A DNA stretch of 64,000 nt from Parcubacteria group bacterium. GTDB lineage: Bacteria > Patescibacteriota > Minisyncoccia > Phycocordibacterales > UBA2135. The notes under the pieces are model-generated. The model searched no databases. It saw only the letters and a program-made list of their open reading frames with translations, and had not been told where the DNA came from. The translations under genes were made by a program, and so were the position numbers. Shown here piece after piece: positions 54,589 through 64,000 of the stretch. Each line of letters begins with the position of its first letter. Within the stretch, counting starts at the first letter, position 1. The stretch lies in contig JACPBB010000002.1 of the NCBI GenBank assembly GCA_016180525.1, forward strand, positions 122,517 through 186,516, given 5' to 3'.

Positions 54589-54975
54589 TTATTTCAGGCG
54601 GGATTTAATTTTTTCTGTATTGTATGCGAAATTTTTTTTATCTCCCACGGCCTCATGTGGATTGGGGAAGAGCCAGACATGCGCATGTAATACCTCGTCA
54701 CCCATAATTTTACTCCACACGGCATCTGTTCCAAACGCGCCTTGAAGCGCTTTTGCTAATTTTTGTATTACCAAGAAATAATGCGTAACATTACCCGCTG
54801 AAGAAGATTCACTCGGCAAGTCCCACACCCAACGATAATGTTTTTTGGGAATTACTTGCGTGTGCCCCGGCGATTGAGGATTAATATCCAAAAATGCCAA
54901 AAAATGTTCATCTTCATAGACGACATGGGCAGGAATTTCCTTTTTTGCGATTTTACAGAAAATACACTGTTCCAT
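54589..54975 (-). CDS. HIT-family (histidine triad) nucleotide hydrolase
   Basis: CIFCKI...HAHVWLFP is an HxHxHxx triad. Confidence 0.8.
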   Translation of the reverse strand: MEQCIFCKIAKKEIPAHVVYEDEHFLAFLDINPQSPGHTQVIPKKHYRWVWDLPSESSSAGNVTHYFLVIQKLAKALQGAFGTDAVWSKIMGDEVLHAHVWLFPNPHEAVGDKKNFAYNTEKIKSRLK

Positions 54976-55080
54976 ATGAATTAGTATGATGCATTATTTT
55001 TCTTGCCGCAACTAATTTATAATCATGGAATAAAAAACCACCTTAGAATTAGAAAAGGTGGCTTTGTTTTTTAAATCCTG

Positions 55081-55344
55081 TTAATCTTCAAAATCTGTAA
55101 CGAACTCAAAATTTCCCGATTCGATTTCGTCTAAGGCTTTATTTACTTCTCTTGCGACCTCTTCTGGCGTTACATTTGGCTTTGAACCCGGGAAAAAGCT
55201 AAAGTTTTTGGCACCCATCTTTTGGAGCCGGCCTTTTAGCCGCTCTATCTGAGCGCCCATCTGAAGAAACCCTCGTATATTTCTGTGAAGAAATATACGC
55301 CTCTTATCTTCGTGTGTCAACAAACTAACTACCGGTATTTTCAT
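55081..55344 (-). CDS. small hypothetical protein (87 aa)
   Basis: ORF only. Confidence 0.4.
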   Translation of the reverse strand: MKIPVVSLLTHEDKRRIFLHRNIRGFLQMGAQIERLKGRLQKMGAKNFSFFPGSKPNVTPEEVAREVNKALDEIESGNFEFVTDFED

Positions 55345-55451
55345 CTACTTGACTTAAGTTTGATGTTCTATATCATATACTCTATAAATCCCCGAGAGGG
55401 GTTTTAATTTAGGTGTTAGGGAAAAAATTCTTAAATCATAAATCTAAAATC

Positions 55452-55631
55452 TTATGTCATTAGTAGAATATCTCAAAAGTACGCGAGGAGAGTTAAAACA
55501 CGTTAGTTGGCCGAGACAAAAGCAAACGGCGTTTTTTACTGTTATTGTTATTCTTCTGTCTATAATAACTTCAGCGTTTTTAGGTTTTTTTGATTTTGTG
55601 TTTACGACATTATTAGATTTATTTGTAATTT
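55452..55631 (+). CDS. secE: preprotein translocase subunit SecE (59 aa)
   Basis: MSLVEYLKSTRGELKHVSWPRQKQTAFFTVIVILLSIITSAFLGFFDFVFTTLLDLFVI. It has a single C-terminal TM and lies directly upstream of nusG in the conserved secE-nusG-rplK order. It is not in the ORF track because it is shorter than 60 aa. Confidence 0.75.
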
Positions 55632-55637
55632 AGAAAA

Positions 55638-55740
55638 ATAAGAAGCGAAGCGACTATATTTTTCTTAACCCTGTTAAATAAATTTTTCAAAGAAAATTTA
55701 AAATTTGATAAACAAATTTTATTTAACAGGGTGCTCAAAT
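55638..55740 (+). repeat. copy B of GAAGCGAAGCGACTATATTTTTCTTAACCC repeat with flanking 13-bp inverted repeat
   Basis: The repeat lies at 55638-55669. CCCTGTTAAATAA at 55667-55679 pairs with TTATTTAACAGGG at 55728-55740. Confidence 0.55.
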
Positions 55741-55772
55741 TTATTATTCATTAACGTTCATATAAATTTGGC

Positions 55773-56318
55773 ATGCCACGGCAAGAAATAAAACAAGATA
55801 AAAACTGGTACGCGATTCATACCTATGCAGGGTATGAGGCGGCGGTTGCGCGCAATTTAAAGCAGCGCGTTGAATCAATGGGCATGGAAGATAAAATTTT
55901 TAATGTTATCGTGCCGACCGAAAAAAAGATTCGTATAAAAGGCGGTAAGCGCGTTGAGGAAGAAGAAAAAATTTATCCCGGCTATGTGCTCGTGGAGATG
56001 ATTGTCACCGACGATTCGTGGTATGTTGTTCGTAACACTCCGCGGGTAACAGGCTTTGTGGGTACGGGAGTGTATCCGGTTCCCGTGAACCCCAAAGAGG
56101 TAGAAGATCTTTTTAAGCGGATGAAAACGGATACCACGACACACAAAATTGATTTACAGATCGGTGAGTCGGTAATTATTGTAGATGGGCCCTTTAAAGA
56201 ACAGGACGGCAAAGTAAGCGATGTAGATGAAGCGCGCGGGAAGATAAAAGTTCTTGTTTCAATGTTCGGGAGGGAAACCCCGGTTGAGCTTGACTTCTTA
56301 CAAGTTAAAAAAATATAA
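55773..56318 (+). CDS. nusG: transcription antitermination factor NusG
   Basis: The NGN domain (WYAIHTYAGYE) is followed by a KOW domain (GESVIIVDGPFKEQDGKV). Confidence 0.9.
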   Translation: MPRQEIKQDKNWYAIHTYAGYEAAVARNLKQRVESMGMEDKIFNVIVPTEKKIRIKGGKRVEEEEKIYPGYVLVEMIVTDDSWYVVRNTPRVTGFVGTGVYPVPVNPKEVEDLFKRMKTDTTTHKIDLQIGESVIIVDGPFKEQDGKVSDVDEARGKIKVLVSMFGRETPVELDFLQVKKI

Positions 56319-56320
56319 TC

Positions 56321-56403
56321 TACGAAACTGTACGAAAAAAGATACGAACAAATACGAAAAAATTTTGTAATACTTTCGTAACATCCCGTATCTTTTCGTA
56401 GGA
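56321..56403. promoter_or_regulatory. phased TACGAAA repeats (about 10-11 bp spacing) plus inverted TTTCGTA copies upstream of rplK
   Basis: TACGAAA occurs at 56321, 56331, 56343 and 56353. TTTCGTA occurs at about 56374 and 56394. Confidence 0.45.
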
Positions 56404-56409
56404 AATTTT

Positions 56410-56829
56410 ATGGCAAAAATTGTTAAAAAATTAAAATTGCAGCTTCCGGCCGGAAAAGCAACGCCAGCACCGCCAATCGGCCCTATACTGGGTCAGGCGG
56501 GAATAAATATCGGCGAGTTTGTAACCAAGTTTAACGAAGCTACCAGAGCCTCAATGGGAGAAACAGTCTCTGTCGTTGTTTCTGTATACGAAGACAGAAG
56601 TTTTGACTTTATTTTAAAAACTCCGCCCGCCTCATCGCTTCTTAAAAAAGCCGCAGGCATTGAAAAGGGTTCCGGAAAAGCGGGAACCCAAAAGGCAGGG
56701 AAAGTAACAAAAGCGCAAATCCGTGAAATCGCGGAAAAAAAGTTGCCGGACTTAAACGCGCACGGTATTGACGAAGCAATGAAAATAATTGAAGGAAGCG
56801 CCCGCAGCATGGGAATAGAAGTTGTATAA
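56410..56829 (+). CDS. rplK: 50S ribosomal protein L11
   Basis: [45 protein letters not shown] is a canonical L11. Confidence 0.95.
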   Translation: MAKIVKKLKLQLPAGKATPAPPIGPILGQAGINIGEFVTKFNEATRASMGETVSVVVSVYEDRSFDFILKTPPASSLLKKAAGIEKGSGKAGTQKAGKVTKAQIREIAEKKLPDLNAHGIDEAMKIIEGSARSMGIEVV

Positions 56830-56877
56830 AAGTGATTTAATTAAAAACAAAAAACCCACAACAATGTTTGTGGGTTT

Positions 56878-57432
56878 TTATCTTATATCTTGCAAAGTCC
56901 TGCTTGGAATTTTAACGAGCACATCAAACATAAGTTTAAATTCACGCAGTTCGCCTTTTTCATAATATTCTCTATTGGTGGTATGCCACTCTATCCAATT
57001 AGCGACCGTTTTAAGCGGAAACAGAGTGTCCCCCGGGAATGGTTCAAATATAAGCGTAAGGTATATGCGATCTGCAATCGGCAGAAACAATTTATATATT
57101 TCTGCTCCGCCAATAATCATTATTTCAGGTTCTGCTTCTCGGTTTCTGTTATAAGAAATTGAAGACAGTGCCGCGGTAATAGCTTCTTGCATTGAATGCA
57201 CCACAATGCATTTAGATGCAGTATAGTTTTTATCTCTTGTCAAAATAATATTGGTTCGTTTAGGAAGGGCGCGCCCTATGGACTCAAATGTTTTTCTTCC
57301 CATGATAATGGGTTTTCCTGAAGTAAGCTTAAAAAATCGCTTTCCATCGACTGGCTTTTCTCCCCAGGGCATTTTCCCCTTGTTCCCAATGACGTAATTC
57401 TCCGTCATCGCAACGACAAACGAGATGGTCAT
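56878..57432 (-). CDS. folA: dihydrofolate reductase
   Basis: MTISFVVAMTENYVIGNKGKMPWGEKPVDGKRFFKLTSGKPIIMGRKTFESIG...IIGGAEIY. The start is taken at the internal Met; the track ORF extends to 57495. Confidence 0.85.
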   Translation of the reverse strand: MTISFVVAMTENYVIGNKGKMPWGEKPVDGKRFFKLTSGKPIIMGRKTFESIGRALPKRTNIILTRDKNYTASKCIVVHSMQEAITAALSSISYNRNREAEPEIMIIGGAEIYKLFLPIADRIYLTLIFEPFPGDTLFPLKTVANWIEWHTTNREYYEKGELREFKLMFDVLVKIPSRTLQDIR

Positions 57433-57500
57433 GTGCCGAATTCTCCACTTCGTTTCTTCAAAAAGTATATCATTTTTCAACATCATTATCCCCAACTCTT

Positions 57501-58145
57501 GTGATGACTGCGCTGTGTTATTATAAAAATATAAACATGCCTACCTTTGAAGACATTGTGAGTCCATCTACAAATTTAGAATCCCGGTTTGTTCCTGATT
57601 ATAAAGATTTGAAAAATCTTATTGAGGAATGCCGAAGCGCCGGAAAAAGAATTGTACTTACGCAAGGAGTTTTTGACCTTGTTCACGAAGGGCACGCACT
57701 GTATCTGCAGAAAGCCCGTTCCTACGGAGATATTTTAATTGTTGGGGTAGATACCGACGAATTAACACGGAGAAGAAAAGGCCCCAACAGGCCAATTGTT
57801 CCTGAAAAAGAACGATTAAACATGCTTCTGCATCTTCGCCACGTAGATATCGTGACACTGCGAAACGCTGATGATGAAATTGGTGCATTAATTAAACTCG
57901 TGTGCCCAGATGTTTTGATTACTTCTGAATCAACTGCAGATTTTTCTAAAATCGGGCCGCCACCAGAAGCATACGATCCATATTGCAAACAAATTATCAC
58001 TTTGCCGCACCAGGCAACAACTTCCACAACGGCACGCATTCGTCTGTTAAGCATTCAGGGGGCGGACCAGCTTGCGGGTCACTTGATAGAAAGAATTCCT
58101 CAACTTGTAAGGGATGCGCTTGCGGGGATAAAGGGAGAAAAATAA
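57501..58145 (+). CDS. cytidylyltransferase-like (HxGH nucleotidyltransferase) family protein
   Basis: GVFDLVHEGHALYLQKARSYGDILIVGVDTDE is the HIGH-type motif typical of glycerol-3-phosphate cytidylyltransferase and RfaE-domain-II-like enzymes. Confidence 0.65.
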   Translation: MMTALCYYKNINMPTFEDIVSPSTNLESRFVPDYKDLKNLIEECRSAGKRIVLTQGVFDLVHEGHALYLQKARSYGDILIVGVDTDELTRRRKGPNRPIVPEKERLNMLLHLRHVDIVTLRNADDEIGALIKLVCPDVLITSESTADFSKIGPPPEAYDPYCKQIITLPHQATTSTTARIRLLSIQGADQLAGHLIERIPQLVRDALAGIKGEK

Positions 58146-58182
58146 TTTATTCGTTTGCATTTCTTTTTAATACTCGGCTTGA

Positions 58183-59088
58183 TTGTATGCCGAGTTTTTA
58201 TTATGCTCGGATGAGACAGTAAAAAAGAGGCAAGTTGTGTCAAGACAGCTCCTTGTTGGGTATATTCCTGTTTTACATGAAGGATATCTTAAGTTTTTTA
58301 GAAAGTATGCGGGAAGCGTTCTATATATCTTAGGTTCCGACTTTTTGCACTCATTTGAACATCTACAAAGAGATATACGGGCTATTTCCGCTCAAGATAT
58401 GGCCGCAGCCATTTCCGCATTGTATATATTCCGTTCAGTGTATGTTCTTAACCGCTCATTTCTCCCATCATGCGTGGGAAGTCCCTTGCGGATTGTCATG
58501 CCCGATGAAGACGTATCTCGCGCTATCGCAAAAAAGTACTTTGTCGGCAGAGATATCCTGTTTGAATCAATTTTTTTGCGCTGGGATATGAAAAATACGA
58601 CAAGCGAAAAAGAAATTTCTCCTGATAGAGTTATCTCGCAAAAGGCATTTGATGTGGAAATGATGGGGCATGCATTTGCGGAAGCAGAGAAAAGTCCTGA
58701 TTGGTGGAGACAAGTGGGTGCGCTTGCCGTTAAAGACGGAAAGATACTCTTGTCCGCGTTTAACAAACACATGCCGCATCAGCAGTCTCTATATGTGTTT
58801 GGTGATCCGCGAAGCAACTTTTCATGGGGCAAGGGGGTGGAATTTTCAACCCCTGTGCATGCCGAACAAGGTGTTATCGCCGAGGCTGCAAAGCACGGAA
58901 TTAGCACCGACGGGGCGTCTCTGTATGTGACCACATTTCCGTGTCCTCGTTGCGCAGGAGAAGTTGTTCGTGCTGGCTTTGCCCGCGTGTATTATTCCGA
59001 GGGGTATTCGCTTACTGGCGCGGAAGAAGTTTTTCGCGGCCACAATATTGAAATCGTTCGAGTAGATAGAAAAAACCCGATCACATAA
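58183..59088 (+). CDS. two-domain protein: unknown N-terminal domain fused to C-terminal CMP/dCMP deaminase-fold zinc domain
   Basis: The C-terminus carries HAEQGVIAEAAKHG...PCPRCAGEV. The N-terminal 150 aa are unassigned. Confidence 0.65.
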   Translation: MYAEFLLCSDETVKKRQVVSRQLLVGYIPVLHEGYLKFFRKYAGSVLYILGSDFLHSFEHLQRDIRAISAQDMAAAISALYIFRSVYVLNRSFLPSCVGSPLRIVMPDEDVSRAIAKKYFVGRDILFESIFLRWDMKNTTSEKEISPDRVISQKAFDVEMMGHAFAEAEKSPDWWRQVGALAVKDGKILLSAFNKHMPHQQSLYVFGDPRSNFSWGKGVEFSTPVHAEQGVIAEAAKHGISTDGASLYVTTFPCPRCAGEVVRAGFARVYYSEGYSLTGAEEVFRGHNIEIVRVDRKNPIT

Positions 59089-59097
59089 GATCGGGTT

Positions 59098-59586
59098 TTA
59101 AATTCTGGTGACAACAGTTTTTCCGCGCCGTGCGCTTACAAGCTGTGCGTGCAAATGTGTCACGGAACTTCCCGTGCACTGGGGATTTCCGAAGCGGAGG
59201 AAAACAGTTCCCCCCGGAATTTTATATTTCTTAAGGATCCACATGTAGTGCTGAAGAAGTTCAGTCCATGCGTCTTTTGAAATATTGTTTAAAGACTCAA
59301 TGTGTTTTTTGTATATCAGCAGAAAATGGAATTTCGCATTTTCGTACGGATACATATTTTTCGTTACCAACCAGCGTTTTCCTGTTTTCAGAATCCGTTT
59401 TTTATGATACGAACGGAGGTGTTTTGGGCAAAAAGGACACACGCCGTCTTTTTCAATTTGCTCAATTGCTTCACGGTACTTACCCCGGCGCGCATTGGGC
59501 ACATATACTGATTTTTTCTTTTTTCTCATAATATTCTCATAATATTTCTTTTTTCTTTTAAAAGCAAAAAGCCGATACACAATCAT
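59098..59586 (-). CDS. HIT-superfamily protein, GalT/Ap4A-phosphorylase-like branch (CxxC + HxHxQ)
   Basis: CPFCPKH zinc site and GSSVTHLHAQLV. Confidence 0.55.
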   Translation of the reverse strand: MIVYRLFAFKRKKKYYENIMRKKKKSVYVPNARRGKYREAIEQIEKDGVCPFCPKHLRSYHKKRILKTGKRWLVTKNMYPYENAKFHFLLIYKKHIESLNNISKDAWTELLQHYMWILKKYKIPGGTVFLRFGNPQCTGSSVTHLHAQLVSARRGKTVVTRI

Positions 59587-59604
59587 GCATCGGCTTTGTA
59601 AAAG

Positions 59605-60513
59605 TTATACCGGTGTTGGTATTTTCATTCCTGGGTGGGGATCATAATCACTCAATTCAAAATGTTCTGGACGGAATTTAAAAATATCAGAAATATTTTT
59701 GTCTAACAAAACAGTTGGAAAAGGCCTTGGGGCGCGGGATAAAATTTCTTCTACATTCTCATACTGACTTTCATATATATGGACATCTGAAAATGTATAA
59801 ACCAATTCGTTGAATGTGTAACCCGTTATGTGAGCAACCATCATGCCGTATGCTGCGTAGTGCACAAAGTTAAACGGAACCCCGACGGGTAAATCCCCGC
59901 TTCGCTGCACATGGTGCATGTCCATTTCTCCGTCGTCAGGGTACACGGCAAAATGAACAAAATTTCCATGGCAGGGGGCTACAACCGTGTCTCGCTGTCT
60001 TGTTTTTGATTGTAGGACTCGCGGCGGAAGCCAGGTGGTTGTCACATGGCTGCGCAAAAATGGCATGTCTTTTATTTGTTCTAGAAGCACTTCAATTTGA
60101 TTAAGTGTCTTTCCGTTGGTATCTGGAAATCTCGCCATTACCTCACCATATGAACCATTTCCGAGGTCTCCTTCAGGAAGGCCAAATTTTGCGCAATGTT
60201 CCCCAGTTGTCCACCTATTCCACCACGAACAGCCAAACAATTTAAGCTCTTCATGGGTTCTTGCTCCATTCATAAAAGCAATAAATTCTCCCAGTCCATT
60301 TTTCCACATTTTTGAAAGACTGCGTTCAGTAATAAGAGGAAACCCATTCTCCATTTTAAATCGCATTTGATGGCCCAAAATCATACGGGATTCTTCACCA
60401 TGAATTGGATGAACAACTCGGCCGCTCTTCATGATATGGGCAAGTAGTTCATGATATTGAGTGTCCACTGTTCGCTCGTGATATGGCTTGTACGTAATCG
60501 GCATGGACGGCAT
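59605..60513 (-). CDS. thyA: thymidylate synthase (ThyA type)
   Basis: The N-terminus is ThyA-like, with the catalytic-region VAPCHGNF and DMHHVQRSGDLPVGVPFN. Confidence 0.85.
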   Translation of the reverse strand: MPSMPITYKPYHERTVDTQYHELLAHIMKSGRVVHPIHGEESRMILGHQMRFKMENGFPLITERSLSKMWKNGLGEFIAFMNGARTHEELKLFGCSWWNRWTTGEHCAKFGLPEGDLGNGSYGEVMARFPDTNGKTLNQIEVLLEQIKDMPFLRSHVTTTWLPPRVLQSKTRQRDTVVAPCHGNFVHFAVYPDDGEMDMHHVQRSGDLPVGVPFNFVHYAAYGMMVAHITGYTFNELVYTFSDVHIYESQYENVEEILSRAPRPFPTVLLDKNISDIFKFRPEHFELSDYDPHPGMKIPTPV

Positions 60514-60664
60514 CCTCCAATATTTTATTTCTAAAAATAGTGTACTTCTAAATTATATAAATGCAAATTTTTCTTGCGGTACGATGATTTTTTATTCGCG
60601 TCAATGTTATGACACGGGGCTTTTGTTATACAATAGTACTTAGATTTTTTGGGAGTGGTGTGCA

Positions 60665-61294
60665 ATGAACGGGAGAGGAAAATTTGTTGTTATTGATGGC
60701 GGGGATGGAACGGGAAAAAGTTCTGCGGTACTGCATCTTGTACAAGAATTAAAAGGAATGCCTGTTCTTTTCACTCGTGAGCCAGGCGGAACTGTGTTTG
60801 CTGAACAGATTCGTGACTTGTTGCTTCAAGATCGAAAAGGAGAACATGTTTTTGCAGAAACAGAACTTATGCTGTTTAGCGCGGCGCGCATGCAGCATAT
60901 GGGAAACACGGTTATTCCGACCCTCAAAGAAGGACGACATGTAATTTCTGACAGATTTTCTCTCTCCACGATTGCGTATCAGCTGTATGGAAACGGGCGG
61001 GGAGATCTCGTGAAATTTTTTGAGATGCTTGATACGGTTGCGGTAAGCGGGTGTGTGCCCGACTTATATATAGTTCTTGATGTTGATACCGATACCGCGC
61101 TTCTCCGTCGGCAAAAAGCGGGGGGTCTTACCCGATTTGATAAAAAGGCGGCGGATTTTCACAGAGCAGTGCGTGCAGGGTTTCTTGAACATTTAAACAG
61201 ATATCCGTATGGGGTAGTAGTTGATGCTTCAAAATCTGAGGTGGAAGTGCAACAGGAAGTTCTAAAAATAGTTAAAAATTTTTTAAAAATTTAA
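60665..61294 (+). CDS. tmk: thymidylate kinase
   Basis: KFVVIDGGDGTGKSS P-loop, TREPGG, and the DRF motif (SDRFSLS). Confidence 0.9.
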   Translation: MNGRGKFVVIDGGDGTGKSSAVLHLVQELKGMPVLFTREPGGTVFAEQIRDLLLQDRKGEHVFAETELMLFSAARMQHMGNTVIPTLKEGRHVISDRFSLSTIAYQLYGNGRGDLVKFFEMLDTVAVSGCVPDLYIVLDVDTDTALLRRQKAGGLTRFDKKAADFHRAVRAGFLEHLNRYPYGVVVDASKSEVEVQQEVLKIVKNFLKI

Positions 61295-61314
61295 GATAAG
61301 AAAAAAGCCCAACA

Positions 61315-63093
61315 GTGGGCTTTTTGTTTATAGGACGAATGTTACAATATACAAGTATGTATGAGGAAATAAGAGTGTTATTAAAAGGTGTGCTTAAGGA
61401 ACTGGGGGTACAAACGGATGAAATTCACATTGAACGTCCGGCTGATTTTTCTCATGGAGATTTTGCGAGCAATGTTGCGATGCAGTATGCCCCAAAAGCA
61501 AAAAAGAATCCAAGGAAACTAGCAGATGAAATAGTCTCTGAAATACAAAAAAAACTTTCAAAAGAAATTGAAAAAGTAGAAGTCGCCGGGCCTGGGTTTA
61601 TTAATTTTTATCTCTCAAAAGAATATTTTGCAAACAAAATAAATACAATTCTGAAAGAGGGAGAGGTAAAAAAGGACAAAAATGGGAATATAAAAGGCTT
61701 TGGTAAGAATAAATCGTCCGAAAATAAAAAAGTAATTATTGAATACACCGACCCGAATCCGTTCAAAGAATTTCATATCGGGCATTTGATGAGCAACGCC
61801 ATTGGAGAGTCGCTCGCGCGCGTTGTTGAATTTTCGGGTGCGGAAGTAAAGCGAGCGAACTATCAGGGGGACGTGGGGCTTCATGTTGCAAAGGCAATCG
61901 GTGGGCTAATAGAAAAAATTCCAGATTTAAAAGAAACTGTTGGGAAAATATCAGATTATGAATTCGGAAAAAAAATTTTTGAAGCATACTCCTATGGTTC
62001 TAAACTTTACGAAGAAAATGAAGTTTTTAAAGAAAGAGTTAATAAGATTAACAAACTTGTTTATGAAAAATCTGACAATTTTATTAATGAAATATATAGC
62101 CGAGGCAGAGAAGGAAGCCTTGATGGCTTTGAAATATTATATAAAGTGCTCGGCACAAAATTTGATTTTTATTTTTTTGAAAGCAAAACCAGCTCGATTG
62201 GTCTAAAAATTGTTGCAGAGCACTCTGATATTTTTGAAAAAAGCGACGGGGCAGTCATATTTCGTGCAGAGAAATTTGATACAACGCTTCATACAAGAGT
62301 ATTTGTAACAAAAGAAGAATTGCCGACATATGAAGCAAAAGAATTGGGACTTGCTAAAATGAAATATGAAAAATACCCCTACGATATTTCTTTCGTTGTG
62401 ACGGGAAATGAGGTGAAGGATTATTTTCGCGTTGTGCATAAGGCTATGGAGCAAATATTCCCGGAGTTAGCAGAAAAAACTAAGCATATTCCACACGGCA
62501 TGTTGCGGCTTCCTACGGGGAAAATGTCCTCACGGACGGGGAATGTTATTTCTGCTGTATCTTTGCTTTCCGAAGTGAGGCAGGGGGCGCTTCTCAAGAT
62601 GCAAAACACTGATTTAAAAAATAAAGAAGAAGTTGCCGAGCAAGTTGCGGTTGGAGCGGTAAAATATTCTGTTTTACGGTCATCCGCAGGAAGTGATATT
62701 ATTTTTGATATTGAAAAATCAATTTCGTTTGAAGGCGATTCGGGTCCGTATTTGCAGTATACGCACGCACGCGCCAATTCCGTGATTGAAAATGCACAAA
62801 GAGAAAAAATAAAACCATCAGTTAAAAAAATTCCTCAAAAAATTACAGATGTTGAAAAACTTTTAGACAGATTTCCTGAAATAGTTGTTCGTGCATATGA
62901 AGAGCACGAACCGCATTACATTGCTACCTATTTAATACAGCTTGCAGGAGCATTTAACGCATTTTATGCGAAAGAAAGAATCGTAGATGCGGGAGAGGAA
63001 GCGCCATACCGCCTTGCGCTTACTAAGGCGACTGCAACGGTATTAAAAAACGGCTTGTGGCTTTTGGGAATTGAAGCACCAGAGAAAATGTAG
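61315..63093 (+). CDS. argS: arginine--tRNA ligase
   Basis: The HIGH-type motif is EFHIGHLMSNAIGES, the KMSK-type motif is GKMSSRTGN, and there is a C-terminal DALR-like anticodon-binding region. The start is probably the internal Met (MYEEIRVL, about 61360). Confidence 0.9.
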   Translation: MGFLFIGRMLQYTSMYEEIRVLLKGVLKELGVQTDEIHIERPADFSHGDFASNVAMQYAPKAKKNPRKLADEIVSEIQKKLSKEIEKVEVAGPGFINFYLSKEYFANKINTILKEGEVKKDKNGNIKGFGKNKSSENKKVIIEYTDPNPFKEFHIGHLMSNAIGESLARVVEFSGAEVKRANYQGDVGLHVAKAIGGLIEKIPDLKETVGKISDYEFGKKIFEAYSYGSKLYEENEVFKERVNKINKLVYEKSDNFINEIYSRGREGSLDGFEILYKVLGTKFDFYFFESKTSSIGLKIVAEHSDIFEKSDGAVIFRAEKFDTTLHTRVFVTKEELPTYEAKELGLAKMKYEKYPYDISFVVTGNEVKDYFRVVHKAMEQIFPELAEKTKHIPHGMLRLPTGKMSSRTGNVISAVSLLSEVRQGALLKMQNTDLKNKEEVAEQVAVGAVKYSVLRSSAGSDIIFDIEKSISFEGDSGPYLQYTHARANSVIENAQREKIKPSVKKIPQKITDVEKLLDRFPEIVVRAYEEHEPHYIATYLIQLAGAFNAFYAKERIVDAGEEAPYRLALTKATATVLKNGLWLLGIEAPEKM

Positions 63094-63120
63094 CATCATT
63101 CATATTTATATACTCAATAT

Positions 63121-64000
63121 ATGCCTCCTGAAAAAATACAGAAAAGCATCGTGGCCCAGAAGGAAGAAGAAATTCTTTCTTTTTGGGATGCACATAATAT
63201 TTTCAAAAAATCTCTTGAGAAAAAGTCTCCGAAGGGTGATTTTGTGTTTTACGACGGCCCGCCATTTGCCACCGGCCTACCACACTACGGGCATTTGCTC
63301 GCAAGCACAATAAAAGACGTCATTCCCCGCTACAAAACAATGCGGGGTTATCATGTGCGGCGAGTGTGGGGGTGGGACTGCCACGGGCTCCCCGTTGAAA
63401 ACCTGATTGAAAACGAGCTCGGACTTGAGCGAAAAAAAGACATTGAAAAATACGGCGTGGAAAAATTCAACGAGGCGGCAAAGAACAGTGTTTTGCGATA
63501 TGACTCCGAATGGAAAAAAATCATTCCTCGCCTCGGCAGATGGGTGGATATGGAGAATGATTACCGCACGATGGATGCCAAATATACCGAGTCAATCTGG
63601 TGGGCGTTTAAAACACTCTACAACAAGGGCCTCACCTATGAAGGGTATAAATCAATGCACATTTGTCCGCGATGTGAAACGACACTTGCAGTCTCTGAAG
63701 TGGGGATGGGGTATAAGGACATCACGGATATTTCGGTGACGGTGAAGTTTGAATTAGAGAGCCCTGTCGGAAGCCCTTCGGGCTCCAACAGGGCAAGCGA
63801 GAAGGTTTACCTTCTCGCTTGGACGACAACTCCGTGGACGCTTCCGGGAAATGTGGCGCTTGCGGTGAATGAAGATATTGAGTATGTAAAAATCAGAATT
63901 AAAAATAACGAATCGCACACGGCTGGTCTTTATATTCTTGCAAAAAAACAAGCAGAGAGAACTTTAAAAAGTTATGAATATGAAATTATAGATGAATTTA
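63121..64000 (+). CDS. ileS: isoleucine--tRNA ligase (N-terminal part; runs off window end)
   Basis: MPPEKIQ...FYDGPPFATGLPHYGHLL (HIGH)...WDCHGLPVE...WTTTPWTLPGN. There is no stop within the window. Confidence 0.85.
   Translation, partial: MPPEKIQKSIVAQKEEEILSFWDAHNIFKKSLEKKSPKGDFVFYDGPPFATGLPHYGHLLASTIKDVIPRYKTMRGYHVRRVWGWDCHGLPVENLIENELGLERKKDIEKYGVEKFNEAAKNSVLRYDSEWKKIIPRLGRWVDMENDYRTMDAKYTESIWWAFKTLYNKGLTYEGYKSMHICPRCETTLAVSEVGMGYKDITDISVTVKFELESPVGSPSGSNRASEKVYLLAWTTTPWTLPGNVALAVNEDIEYVKIRIKNNESHTAGLYILAKKQAERTLKSYEYEIIDEF

Noticed and set aside
48942-55405. Shared palindromic motif AAATCCCC(G)AGAGGGGTTT(T)A at 48942-48960 and 55385-55405
   Set aside because: The first copy lies inside the pilin coding sequence, where it encodes LNPQRGL at the prepilin cleavage site. 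There are only two copies and they have an indel. It is probably coincidence.

Overview
This 64-kb window is a dense, mostly housekeeping chromosomal region of a small-genome bacterium. The gene content and style resemble Candidate Phyla Radiation/Patescibacteria-like genomes, but that placement is an inference. All calls below come from reading the sequence and the ORF track; no searches were run.

Recognisable genes include a uvrD/pcrA-like helicase (truncated at the window start), a LysM-M23 peptidase, comM, pnp, rpsO, a Xer tyrosine recombinase, a CCA-adding enzyme, dcd, xth, a MutY/Nth-like glycosylase, trigger factor, clpP, rny, HU, ppa, nusA, a pilB-pilC-pilin cluster, tpiA, pgk, secE-nusG-rplK, a thymidylate block (folA, dCMP-deaminase fusion, thyA, tmk), argS and partial ileS. 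There are three paralogous TrmB-like HTH regulators.

I call eight tRNA genes (Arg-UCG, Gly-GCC, Pro-GGG, Pro-CGG, Val-CAC, Ala-CGC, Pro-UGG, Gly-UCC), several intrinsic terminators and a few sigma70-like promoters. I found no rRNA and no CRISPR array.

The most notable observations are:
- A circularly permuted (two-piece) tmRNA gene on the minus strand at about 23130-23568. It has a CCA-ending acceptor piece, a 12-bp-stem intervening element and a GGGG-starting coding piece with a G3:U70 acceptor stem.
- tRNA loci flanked by partial copies of their own 5' or 3' ends, including a complete tRNA-Pro(UGG) nested between the two halves of another tRNA-Pro-like gene (30029-30253).
- A pervasive class of 7-bp tandem repeats (about 4 units each, a different heptamer at each site) in intergenic regions. 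In three pilin genes the repeat lies inside the coding N-terminal leader, a classic slipped-strand phase-variation set-up.
- A small family of roughly 35-nt repeats (GAGCGAAGCGA...TTTTCTTAACCCC).
- Several unassigned promoter-to-terminator RNA units.
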